A DNA stretch of 64,000 nucleotides from Candidatus Rifleibacteriota bacterium (GTDB lineage Bacteria > Muiribacteriota > Ozemobacteria > Ozemobacterales > Ozemobacteraceae). Shown in pieces: positions 39,889 through 49,200 of the stretch. The DNA lies in the NCBI GenBank assembly GCA_012517355.1, contig JAAYVD010000110.1:1-64000 (forward strand), given 5' to 3'. The notes below the pieces were generated by a model that was given only the letters and a program-made list of their open reading frames with translations, searched no databases and was not told the origin of the DNA. Both the position numbers and the translations under genes were made by a program. Within the stretch, counting starts at the first letter, position 1. Each line of letters begins with the position of its first letter.

Positions 39889-41112
39889 TCACTCCTGGAG
39901 GCGGGCGAGGCTGGTTTCCAGCTTCTCGATGGTGGTGGTGATGAACGGGGTTTCGGGGTGGTCGGGAGCGAGGGCCTGCACTTCGCGCAGCAGGCGCAGC
40001 GCCCGTTCCCCGTCGTAGAACAGCTGGTATTCCTTCTGGGCCATGAAGTCCTCGTTGGAAAAGACGTTGCCGGGGAAGCTGTGGCCGATGCCGGCGAAGA
40101 TGCGGGCGAGGCGCAGCTTGACCTCGACGGCCTGGGGGCCGTAAGCCTCGGCGATCTCGTAGTTCTCGACCGCCTGGTCGACGTGGCCGCGCATCTCCTG
40201 GAAGACGCCGAGCCAGTAGTAGACCTGGGGGTTCTCGGGGTCGAGCCGCTGGGCGGCCTGCAGGTGGCGCCAGGCGGTCATGTCGCCGACGTTGGGCAGG
40301 AGCTGGGCGATGTAGGCGAGGTGGGCGGGCAGGTAGTCGGGGTCGGCCTCGAGAGCCAGCTTGAAGTGCCGGGAGGCGGTGAGCGGCTGGTTGAGCAGGA
40401 GCAGGCCGCGGCCCATGCGGACGTGGGCCCAGGGGTCGCCGGGGGCGGCCACCTGCGCGTCGTGCAGGGCGGCGAGGGCCTCCTGGTCTTTCTTCAGACC
40501 GATCAGGGCGTAGGCGATGCCGAACAGGGCCCGCTTGTCGGCCGGAGCGAGCGTCCTGGCCTGTTTGAACCAGTCGAGGGCCGCCTGGTGGCGGTTGCGG
40601 AACAGCTCGAGATCGCCGAGGGCGGTGAGGGCGGCGGCATTCTGGGGGCTGGCCTTCAGGATGGATCGGAGGAGGGTCTCGGCCTCGTCGAGTTTGAAGG
40701 GCTCGGTGAGGAAGAGGGAACGGGCGTAGGCGATCCGTTCCTCCTCGGTGGCGGCATCCTTGCGCAGGACCATGAGCCTGGCCAGCATCTCGCGGCCCTC
40801 GGCCAGCCGGGTTTCGCCGAAGTCGACGATCAGGCGGCCCAGGCGGGACATGAGGATGGGGTTCCCGGAGTCGGCCTTCCAGGCTTCGAGGAGGGCCAGG
40901 ACGGCGGGGAGGGTATGTCCGTCGCGGAGGGCGGCCAGGCCCCGGGTGAAGGCCTCCCGGGCGGGGGCGGCGACCTGGGCGGGGTCGTCGGACGCGGGGT
41001 CGGCGGGGGCGGCGAGGGGAAGGAACAACGCCAGAGCCAGGGCGGCCGCCAGAACGGGGAAGGCCGGGAACCGGGTCAGGGGGCGGAAGGGCCGGGTTGC
41101 GGATCGTGGCAT
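39889..41112 (-). CDS. TPR-repeat protein, secreted or periplasmic
   Basis: Signal peptide, then multiple 34-aa TPR-like units (W..LG......A...Y..AL...P). Confidence 0.7.
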   Translation of the reverse strand: MPRSATRPFRPLTRFPAFPVLAAALALALFLPLAAPADPASDDPAQVAAPAREAFTRGLAALRDGHTLPAVLALLEAWKADSGNPILMSRLGRLIVDFGETRLAEGREMLARLMVLRKDAATEEERIAYARSLFLTEPFKLDEAETLLRSILKASPQNAAALTALGDLELFRNRHQAALDWFKQARTLAPADKRALFGIAYALIGLKKDQEALAALHDAQVAAPGDPWAHVRMGRGLLLLNQPLTASRHFKLALEADPDYLPAHLAYIAQLLPNVGDMTAWRHLQAAQRLDPENPQVYYWLGVFQEMRGHVDQAVENYEIAEAYGPQAVEVKLRLARIFAGIGHSFPGNVFSNEDFMAQKEYQLFYDGERALRLLREVQALAPDHPETPFITTTIEKLETSLARLQE

Positions 41113-41144
41113 CGGGTACTTCTCCTGGATGGGAATGGGCTGGG

Positions 41145-42233
41145 TCAGGGCCGACGGAAGGCGCCGTCGGCGAAGTGCAGAATGAGGGTGAAGGACAGGC
41201 CGTCGCGGGTCTCGAACACCCGGCCGTCGAGGGTGCCGGCCAGCAGGGAACCGGTGGGAGAGACGGCCAGCGACTTGAACGGGCAGGACCGCTCCCAGGG
41301 GCCGGTGGTGTCGGCTACCACGAAGCGGTCATCGGGCTGTTGCACGGACCAGAGTCCCTGGGCGCCGGCCACCCAGAGGGAATCGCGCCAGCGGAGCAGG
41401 GCCTGGATGCTGCCCCGGGTCAGAGGGATCTTCTGGCGCTTGTCGCCTGGGGCGAGGCGGAAGGCGCCGTCGGCCATGGTGCCGAGGAAAACGTGGGGCG
41501 GGCTGGGAAGGAGGACGTTCACTTCGGGGTTCTCCCAGGCGTCGGGGCCGCAGCAGGTATCGTCGGGGTAGAGCCAGTCGGCCCAGGGAGCGGTGGCAGG
41601 GGCGGGAGGAGCGGGGGCCGGAGTGGCAGGGGTGGCCGAGGGGACCGGCAGCCGGAACACGCCGCGGTTGGTGGCGAACCACACCGAGTCGGCGTCGGGG
41701 ACGATGTCGTTGATCCAGTCGTCACCGAGGCCCTGGGCGCGGCCGAGACGGTGCCAGGCGCCCCCGTCGAGGACCGCCGCCCCGGAACCGACCGAACCGA
41801 TCAGCAGGCGTCCCGCGGCGTCGCGGGCCAGGCCGTGCAGGGCGCGGAAGTCGGGACCGGGGTCGGGGACGACCGGCACCCAGGCCCGGCGGCGGGTGTC
41901 GTAGCAGAGGAGGCCTTCGCCGGCGGTGGCCACCCAGAGCCGGTGGCCGTCGAGGAGCAGGCGGCTGAGGCGGCGGCTGGGGTGTTGCCCCTGCGCGTCG
42001 AGGACGGGGGCGACGCGGTCGCCCTCGACGACCCACAGGCCGGCCCCGAAGGAGCCGAGCCAGAGCCGGCCGGCGGGATCGGCCACCATGCTGCGGACGA
42101 CGCAGGTATACTCCGGAAGCGCCAGGGGCGCGGCCAATGCCGGGGGCAGGGCCGAGAGGGCCAGGAAGGTGACGATCAGGAGCAGGCGTCGGGCCTGCCG
42201 CCAGCGGGACAACGGGGGAACCGTTCGTGGCAC
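41145..42233 (-). CDS. secreted beta-propeller (Reg_prop-like) protein
   Basis: GTG start at 42231-42233 preceded by GAAGGAG (VPRTVPPLSRWRQARRLLLIVTFLALSA signal). Repeated LWLGS/LWVAT/VWFAT blades. Confidence 0.6.
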   Translation of the reverse strand: MPRTVPPLSRWRQARRLLLIVTFLALSALPPALAAPLALPEYTCVVRSMVADPAGRLWLGSFGAGLWVVEGDRVAPVLDAQGQHPSRRLSRLLLDGHRLWVATAGEGLLCYDTRRRAWVPVVPDPGPDFRALHGLARDAAGRLLIGSVGSGAAVLDGGAWHRLGRAQGLGDDWINDIVPDADSVWFATNRGVFRLPVPSATPATPAPAPPAPATAPWADWLYPDDTCCGPDAWENPEVNVLLPSPPHVFLGTMADGAFRLAPGDKRQKIPLTRGSIQALLRWRDSLWVAGAQGLWSVQQPDDRFVVADTTGPWERSCPFKSLAVSPTGSLLAGTLDGRVFETRDGLSFTLILHFADGAFRRP

Positions 42234-42446
42234 GTCGACTCCTTCCGGTGCCAGCCCGCGGTGAAGGAGAATGCAGGCCGGCGATCCGAAGGCCGGGGCC
42301 GACTGTCCGGAAAGCCCCGGCCGCGAAGATCCTGGAAAAATGGTACCCCCGGCTCGGGGAAAAAGCAAACCCCACCAGGCGTATTCAGGGATTCTCCCTC
42401 AGCGCTCCCAGGCTTTTCTGATGACCGGGGATTTCCGCAAGCCTTG

Positions 42447-42522
42447 GCCCACTCAGCAAGTCAGGCCAAAACAACCCGAAGAACCGCTTCAGCAGACATG
42501 GTGAGAATTGCTGGGCATGGGT
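42447..42522 (+). repeat. repeat family D copy 1 (conserved noncoding block ...GTCAGGCCAAAACAACCCGAAGAACCGCTTCAGCAGACATGGTGAGAATTGCTGGGCATGGG)
   Basis: About 80% identical to 61640-61705. Intergenic, upstream of a minus-strand gene. Confidence 0.55.
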
Positions 42523-42637
42523 TGGCCGGGAGGTCCTGTCCGGGCGGATTGTGATACACTTTGGGAATGTTGGTCACAGACTCTCGGAGGCTGATCGTGA
42601 GCAGGCGGGTGGCTGAACCGGAATACCGGAGGCGGGA

Positions 42638-43264
42638 ATGAGCGGGCGGCGGGGCGCGCCGGCGGGGACGGGGGACGCCTCGGCTGCCGGCAACCTGCGG
42701 AGCGGGGATCCGACCAACGGGTGTTTCGTGGCCCTCGATTTCGAGACGGCCGATCACGGCCGGGACAGCGCCTGCGCCCTCGGGCTGGTCAAGGTGTCGC
42801 CCGGCCGGCCGGTGGAGCGGCTGTATCACCTCATCCGGCCGCCGCGGCCACGCATCCTCTTCACCTGGGTGCACGGCATCGCCTGGGCGCACGTGGCCGA
42901 CCAGCCGACCTTCGCGGAACGATGGCCCGAGGTCGAGGGGTTCCTGGCGGGCGCGGATTTCCTGGTGGCGCACAACGCGCCGTTCGACCGGGGGGTGCTG
43001 CAGGCCTGCTGCCAGGCGGCCGGGGTGGCGCCCCCCGCGGTTCCCTTCTTCTGTTCGGTGCAGTTGTCGCGGCGGACCTGGAACCTGACCAGTGCCAGCC
43101 TGCCCACCGTCTGCCAGTTCCTGGGCTTTTCGTTGCAGCACCACCACGCGGCCGCCGATGCCGAGGCGTGCGCCATGATCGTGCTGGCGGCGGCGAAGGA
43201 ACGGGGGGCGCTGGGATTGCCCTGGCAGCCGCTGAAACCTCCCCGCCCGACGGCACACCCATGA
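42638..43264 (+). CDS. DnaQ-like 3'-5' exonuclease (DEDDh family)
   Basis: FVALDFETAD (Exo I), VAHNAPFDRGVL (Exo II) and HHAAADAEA (Exo III with His). GGAGG ribosome-binding site. Confidence 0.8.
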   Translation: MSGRRGAPAGTGDASAAGNLRSGDPTNGCFVALDFETADHGRDSACALGLVKVSPGRPVERLYHLIRPPRPRILFTWVHGIAWAHVADQPTFAERWPEVEGFLAGADFLVAHNAPFDRGVLQACCQAAGVAPPAVPFFCSVQLSRRTWNLTSASLPTVCQFLGFSLQHHHAAADAEACAMIVLAAAKERGALGLPWQPLKPPRPTAHP

Positions 43265-43401
43265 CCGCACCTGCCTTCCCCACCGGAGTCAGACCATGAC
43301 CGTGTCTTCCTTCCCCACCGATGTCAGATCATGACCGCGCCTTCCTTGGCTTCGCCCGAGTCAGGCCATGACCGTGCCTTTCCCACGGCCGGGCGTCAGC
43401 C
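43260..43401 (+). repeat. tandem direct repeat, 35-37 bp period, four copies, each beginning CATGACCG
   Basis: The units start at 43260, 43295, 43330 and 43367 (a fifth, partial, at 43402). They overlap the exonuclease stop codon and the 5' end of the HD gene. Confidence 0.8.
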
Positions 43402-43402
43402 C

Positions 43403-44251
43403 ATGAACGCCCCTGTCTCTCGGCCGTCCTCCCAGGCCTCGCCGGCCGGGGGGGCGCCCCCGGCCGCCCTGCCCATCGAACAGGCGATCGGCCTGCAGCG
43501 CTGGTTCGACGCCTACGTGGACCGGTTCCGGCAGCCCTCGGGAGGCCTCGAACCGATGCTCGAGCTGAAATACTTCCATTGCGGGCGGGTGGCCGCGGTG
43601 GCGGAAGGGATCGCGGCCGATCTCGGCTGGCCGGCCGACGAGGTGCGGCTGGCCCGGACGGTGGGCCTGCTGCACGACGTGGGGCGGTTCTCCCAGTTCC
43701 GACAGTTCGGCACCTACCACGACCCCGTGTCGGTCGACCACGGGCAACGGGGGTGCGAGGTGCTGGCCGCCGAGCGGGCCCTGGACGGCTGCCCCGCCGG
43801 CCTGGCCCGCCTGATCCGCGGCACGGTCCGGCTGCACAACGCCCGGGCCCTGCCGCCCTCCCTGCGGCCGGCGGCCGGCCGTTTCGTGCGCCTGGTGCGC
43901 GATGCCGACAAGATCGACGCCCTGCGGATCTTCGACGAGGCGATCGAGACGGGCACCCTGCGGGACAACCCCGAGATCTGCTGGAACATGCCGCGGCACG
44001 GTCCGCTCAGCCCGCGCCTCCTCGAGGACGTCGGGCAGGGAAGGATCGGCTCCTACGCCGAGGTCCGATCGGTCGACGATTTCCAGCTGGTGCTGCTGTC
44101 GTGGGCCTTCGACCTGCAGTTCGGCCCCTCCCGTCGCCGCGCCCGCGTCGCCGGCTATTTCGACCGCATGGTCGGCCGCCTGCCCGACGGCCCTCTCGTG
44201 CGGAGGATCGCCTCCCACGTCTTCCAGGCGCTGGAAGGGGATCCCGGCTGA
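43403..44251 (+). CDS. HD-domain metal-dependent phosphohydrolase
   Basis: HCGRV...LLHDVGR (H...HD motif) ...DADKIDAL. Start set at the first ATG after the repeat array (MNAPVSRP); the ORF-track start at 43331 lies inside the repeats. Confidence 0.6.
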   Translation: MNAPVSRPSSQASPAGGAPPAALPIEQAIGLQRWFDAYVDRFRQPSGGLEPMLELKYFHCGRVAAVAEGIAADLGWPADEVRLARTVGLLHDVGRFSQFRQFGTYHDPVSVDHGQRGCEVLAAERALDGCPAGLARLIRGTVRLHNARALPPSLRPAAGRFVRLVRDADKIDALRIFDEAIETGTLRDNPEICWNMPRHGPLSPRLLEDVGQGRIGSYAEVRSVDDFQLVLLSWAFDLQFGPSRRRARVAGYFDRMVGRLPDGPLVRRIASHVFQALEGDPG

Positions 44252-44850
44252 CCTGGCCGGCACGAGGCGGGAATTTCGCCTTGGCCGCCCCGGCGCCCGC
44301 CGCGGAAGGACCATCGTGCGCATCGCCAGGGTACGGCCGCCGCGAGGCCGGCCAGCTTCCCTTGCCGCCCTGGACGGCCGGGCGAAACCGCTCGAACCAC
44401 CTCTGCACGCCTGGGAGCTCGCTTGCCGCCCTGGCTGGCCGGGCGAAACCGCCGTTGCGGGCATCGTCCTGTCCATCGATGGGGCGGAGCGGGGGCCGGG
44501 GTGCGGGTCGGGCCCGACCTGCATCGCGGGATCCCCACCTCGCCAGTTCGGGAAACGGGTCCCGACGGACGATCCCCGGGCGTTGGGTGTCGGAGGGAGC
44601 GGTCGCTCTCGGGATCAGGAAAGGGAGTAGGGAAATTTCTGATGCGGCCTGGGTCGGCCAGGGATGCCGCCGAGCCGGGGGTACCGGGAGGAAATTCCTT
44701 GAGTTTCTGGCCGTGGGGGCATAAAATACCAACCGGTCCCATGGTGCGCCCCCCGGATCGAACCCGAGGCCGCCACGGCGTAAGGCTTTGAAGGACCCTC
44801 TCCCTGACGGGAGTTGGAATTTCATGACGCTGAAGTCGTCTGAAGGAGGA

Positions 44851-46206
44851 ATGGTTGTGTCGAAGGTCAATCCTTATGTGACTGAGGTCATCGAGCGGGT
44901 CGAGAAGCGGTATCCCTGGGAGAAGGAATTCAACCAGGCGGTCCGCGAGGTTCTCACCTCTTTGTCGCCCGTTCTCGACAAGAACCCCATCTACAAGCAG
45001 AAGCGGATCCTCGAGCGTCTTGTCGAGCCCGAGCGGGTCTACCAGTTCCGCGTTCCCTGGAAGGACGACAAGGGCAACATCCAGGTCAACACCGGCTACC
45101 GCATCGGCTTCAACAGCGCCATCGGCCCCTACAAGGGCGGCCTGCGCTTCCACGCCTCGGTCAACCTCAGCATCCTGAAGTTCCTGGGCTTCGAGCAGAT
45201 CTTCAAGAACTCCCTGACCAGCCTCCCCATGGGCGGCGGCAAGGGCGGCAGCGACTTCAGCCCGGTGGGCAAGTCCGACAACGAGATCGAGAACTTCTGC
45301 CAGAGCTTCATGACCGCCCTCTACCGCCAGATCGGCGCCAACACCGACGTCCCCGCCGGTGACATCGGCGTCGGCGGCCGGGAGATCGGCTTCCTGTTCG
45401 GGCAGTACCGCCGCATCACCAACCTGTTCGACGGCGTCCTGACCGGCAAGGGCCTCAAGTGGGGCGGCTCGCTGGTGCGGCCCGAGGCGACCGGCTACGG
45501 CGCCACCTACTTCTGCGAAGAGATGCTCAAGACCCGTGGCCAGAGCATCGCCGGCAAGACGGTCGCCGTCTCCGGGTTCGGCAACGTGGCCTGGGGCGTC
45601 TGCAAGAAGGTCGGCGAGCTGGGCGGCAAGGTCGTCACCCTCTCCGGTCCCGACGGTTGCATCTACGACAAGGACGGCATCAAGGGCGAGAAGATCGACT
45701 ACATGCTGCAGATGCGCTCGAGCGGCCGCGACCGCGTGCAGGACTACGCCGACAAGTTCAAGGTCGAGTTCCACGCCGGCAAGCGCCCCTGGGGCATCAA
45801 GGTCGACCTGGCCTTCCCCTGCGCGACCCAGAACGAGATGAGCCTCGAGGACGCCAAGACCCTGCTGAAGAACGGCTGCATCGCGGTGACCGAGGGCGCC
45901 AACATGCCCGTCGAGCCCCAGGCGATCGAGCTGTTCCTCGAGAACAAGATCCTCTACTCGCCCGGCAAGGCCTCCAACGCCGGCGGCGTCGCCTGCTCCG
46001 GCCTCGAGATGAGCCAGAACAGCATCCGCATGAACTGGTCGGCGGAAGAGGTCGACAAGCACCTCCACCAGATCATGATCAACATCCACAAGGCCTGCCT
46101 GGATGCTGCGGCCCAGTACAGCACCCCCGGCAACTACCAGGACGGCGCCAACATTGCCGGCTTCCTGAAGGTCGCCGACGCGATGATCGACCAGGGCAAC
46201 ATCTAA
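44851..46206 (+). CDS. gdhA: NADP-specific glutamate dehydrogenase
   Basis: Strong similarity in pattern to GdhA along its length (FRVPWKDDKGNIQVNTGYR, GPYKGGLRFH, LPMGGGKGGSDF, GVGGREIGF). Alternative starts are ATG at 44824 and GTG at 44857; an AAGGAGGA ribosome-binding site lies at 44843-44850. Confidence 0.9.
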   Translation: MVVSKVNPYVTEVIERVEKRYPWEKEFNQAVREVLTSLSPVLDKNPIYKQKRILERLVEPERVYQFRVPWKDDKGNIQVNTGYRIGFNSAIGPYKGGLRFHASVNLSILKFLGFEQIFKNSLTSLPMGGGKGGSDFSPVGKSDNEIENFCQSFMTALYRQIGANTDVPAGDIGVGGREIGFLFGQYRRITNLFDGVLTGKGLKWGGSLVRPEATGYGATYFCEEMLKTRGQSIAGKTVAVSGFGNVAWGVCKKVGELGGKVVTLSGPDGCIYDKDGIKGEKIDYMLQMRSSGRDRVQDYADKFKVEFHAGKRPWGIKVDLAFPCATQNEMSLEDAKTLLKNGCIAVTEGANMPVEPQAIELFLENKILYSPGKASNAGGVACSGLEMSQNSIRMNWSAEEVDKHLHQIMINIHKACLDAAAQYSTPGNYQDGANIAGFLKVADAMIDQGNI

Positions 46207-46229
46207 GCACCGCTTCCGGTTCCTCACGA

Positions 46230-46261
46230 CCCGGGCAGGGCTCTCCTGCCCGGGTTTTTCA
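46230..46261 (+). terminator. rho-independent terminator after gdhA (CCCGGGCAGG-GCTCTC-CCTGCCCGGG-TTTTT)
   Basis: 10-bp GC stem, 6-nt loop and a T5 tract, 24 nt after the gdhA stop. Confidence 0.8.
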
Positions 46262-46295
46262 TTGGCGCAGCTTCCCACGGCCGGCGCGACCCAGG

Positions 46296-49200
46296 TCACC
46301 CCTCGGGGGGAGGGGGATCCGCCGGGGGTTTGCGGGACAGGTATTTCTGGTACAGGGTCGAAACCAGGGTCAGGACGAGGGACAGGCCGATCAGCGAGGC
46401 GACCCGGAACAGGCCGCCGAGCTGCCAGAGGTCGTAGAGGAAGACCTTGATGATGGCCACGGTCAGCAGCACGAGGCTGCCGAGACGGGCGGTGCGCGAG
46501 CCGAGGCGGATGCCGATCATCAGCAGGACGAGGCCGAAGACGGTCCAGGCGAGGGAGAAGGTCATGTCGCTGGCCAGGCTGCCGGCGAAGGCGAAGGTGA
46601 GGGTGCCGGCGGGGCCGAAGGCGTCGGCGATCTCGATGTTGACCAGGAAGAAGGCGAGGACGGTACCGAGGGTCCCGAAGACCCGTGACAGGGGAAGGCT
46701 TTCGAGGCCGAAGAGCAGGTCGTCGCGCTCTTCCGGTGGCGGTTCCGGGTCGGCGGCCGGCCGGCGGGTCAGCCAGGAGGCGGTGAGCAGGCAGGCGGCG
46801 ACGAGGCCGAAGGCGTAGAGATACCAGTTGAGGATGGGAAGCCCTTCCCGCGGGTGATACGCAAAGATCGCGGGGTTCAGGCCGAGCCGGGCGAAGGCGA
46901 CCAGCAGCAGGATGGTGCCGAGGGTCCGCCACGGCGGGGCCGGGACCTGCCGGAACAGGTGGAGGAGAGTGGTTCCCTCGATGGCCCAGCCGATCGTCAG
47001 CCATTCTCGGTCGAACTGGAGGGGGAAGAAGATGGTGACGAAGAACAGGCCGACCCCGCAGAACATCTCGGGAATCCAGTCGGCAAGGGGCGACCCGGCC
47101 CGCAACCGGGCGGGCAGCCGGGGCCGGGCGGCCAGGTAGGGGGTGGCCATGGCGAGGGGCAGGAGGCCGATCAGGGCCGACCCCAGGCCCAGGGAGAGGG
47201 AATGGTAGAGCAGGGTGGCGTGGAGGAGGCCGCTGGCGGCGGCGATCAGCCAGGGCCAGTGGCGGTCGGCGAACTCAGTTTTCCCGAGAAAGGGGAAGGC
47301 CAGGAACAGGGCGTGGAAGGCGGCGAACCAGGTGGTGGCCCAGAACCAGGCGTCGGGGGTGAAGGAGAACCGGAACCAGGCGATCTCGACGATGCCGGCG
47401 CTGATGAAGGTGACCAGGAGGAGTTCATCGACCCGGGTGGTGCGGACCAGGTGCATCAGCATGCCGCAGAAGACGGCGGCCAGGAGGAAAACCGGCGTGG
47501 GGTTGGGCTGCGGCAGGCGGGTGATGACCACCAGCAGCAGGCTGAACGGCAGGAACCCGGACAGGGCGGGCAGCATCAGGGCGGTGGAGGGGTCGAGGAG
47601 GGCGGGGACGGCTGGCCGGGCGGTTTCGGCCGGGATGGTCTCCGTGGTGGGGGCATCCCTGGGGTCTGACGTGGCAGCCGGGGCCGGGCGGTCGCGCCAG
47701 GTGTCGGCGAACAAGCTCCAGAGGTAGAAGGCGAGGGCAAAGGCGGCATCGACGCCGAGGAAGAAGGGGATTTCGGCGGCGGTCAGCCGGAGCACCCAGA
47801 TGGCCAGGGCCCCGATGGTGAGCAGGAGCATGGTGATTCCCATCCAGGCGAGGGCGGCCAGCCAGGCGATGCCGACGCCGATGGCGTTGAGGAGCATGAC
47901 CGCAGGCCAGACGTAGAAGGGAACGGCCGCGTGCGAGAAGACGGGGATCATGACCAGCAGCATGATCACGGGGGGGAACAGGTAACCGAGCAGGTAAGGC
48001 TCCGATCGGGGCCGCAGGTGCTGCAGAAGGAGGGGAAGGGCGGCGTGGAAGGCCGCGAACAACAGGAAGAAGAACAACCCCGCCGGCAGGAGGTCAGGGT
48101 GGCCGGCCAGGGCGGTGCCGGTCCAGTGCAGCAGGGTGAGGAAGACCAGGACGCTGCCGGCGAAATGGAACGGCCGCGCGTCGTCCTCGGCGACGGTCTG
48201 CCAGACCAGCAGGAGGTCGAGCAGGAACAGCGCGGTGAACACCAGCACGGGGCTGCTCCCCATGGCGGGGAAGGCGACCAGCAGGAACCCGGGGAAGAGC
48301 ATGGCGCCCAGGGCCATGACGCGGGCGGCGAGGGAGAAGGAGACCTGGGGGATACCCCTCCGGCGGACGCCGGCCCAGGCGAGAGCGAAGGCAGCGGGGA
48401 AGAACAGGAACGCCGCGAATCCCCAGAAGGGGTGGTCGGGCGAGAACCAGGTCAGCGTCCAGAGCCACAGCAGGGCCAGGCCGCCGAATGCCCCGTGGGC
48501 ATGGGTCATGGCCGCGCCGGGGTCGCGGAGGCTCTGCCAGGCGAGGATGCCCTGCAGCAGGAGCAGCAGGGTGAAGCCCTGCAGGGGGCTGTTCCCCGCG
48601 TAATAGAGGGAATAGCCGACGAACAGGAGGGAGAGCAGGGGGATGGCCCGGGGCGGGAAGTCGAGCTGGGGGGCGGGTTCCTTGCCCCTGCCGAGGAAGT
48701 GGTCGGCGCCGAGGAAGAACAGGGGGATGCCGATCGTCACCGCCCCCGCCATCAACAGGTTGGTTCCGGCGTATTTTCCCATCCAGTACCAGTTGATCAG
48801 GAAGGTGACGACGCTGCCGGCCAGGTGGCAGGTCTCGGCCTCGCGGTCGCTCTTCGCCCGCCAGGCGATGGCGGTTTCGAGGGCGAGCAGCAGGGCGAAG
48901 GCGAAGACGGGCTTGCCGCCGATCTCGGCGAAGGAATACAGCCAGGCGACGAACGGCAGCGACAGCAGCGGGGCCCAGCGGGCGGCCGGGGAGGCCACTT
49001 CGCGCCGTTCCCCCCAGCCCGGCAGGTGCGAGATGCCGATGAAGTAGAACGGCCAGAACAGGAACAGGGCGTAGCCCGTCCAGGCGTTGGCGGTGGTGAA
49101 GTAGCGGTTGGTCCAGACCCAGAGCAGCAGGAAGGTGACGAGGCCACCCGCGGACAGCAGGGTGGTCGATCCGCGGGAGAGGCGGGCCACGGCCAGCAGC

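Noticed and set aside
43260-43401. Tandem 35-bp repeat array considered as a CRISPR array
   Set aside because: The repeats are contiguous with no unique spacers, the units diverge, and no cas genes are nearby.
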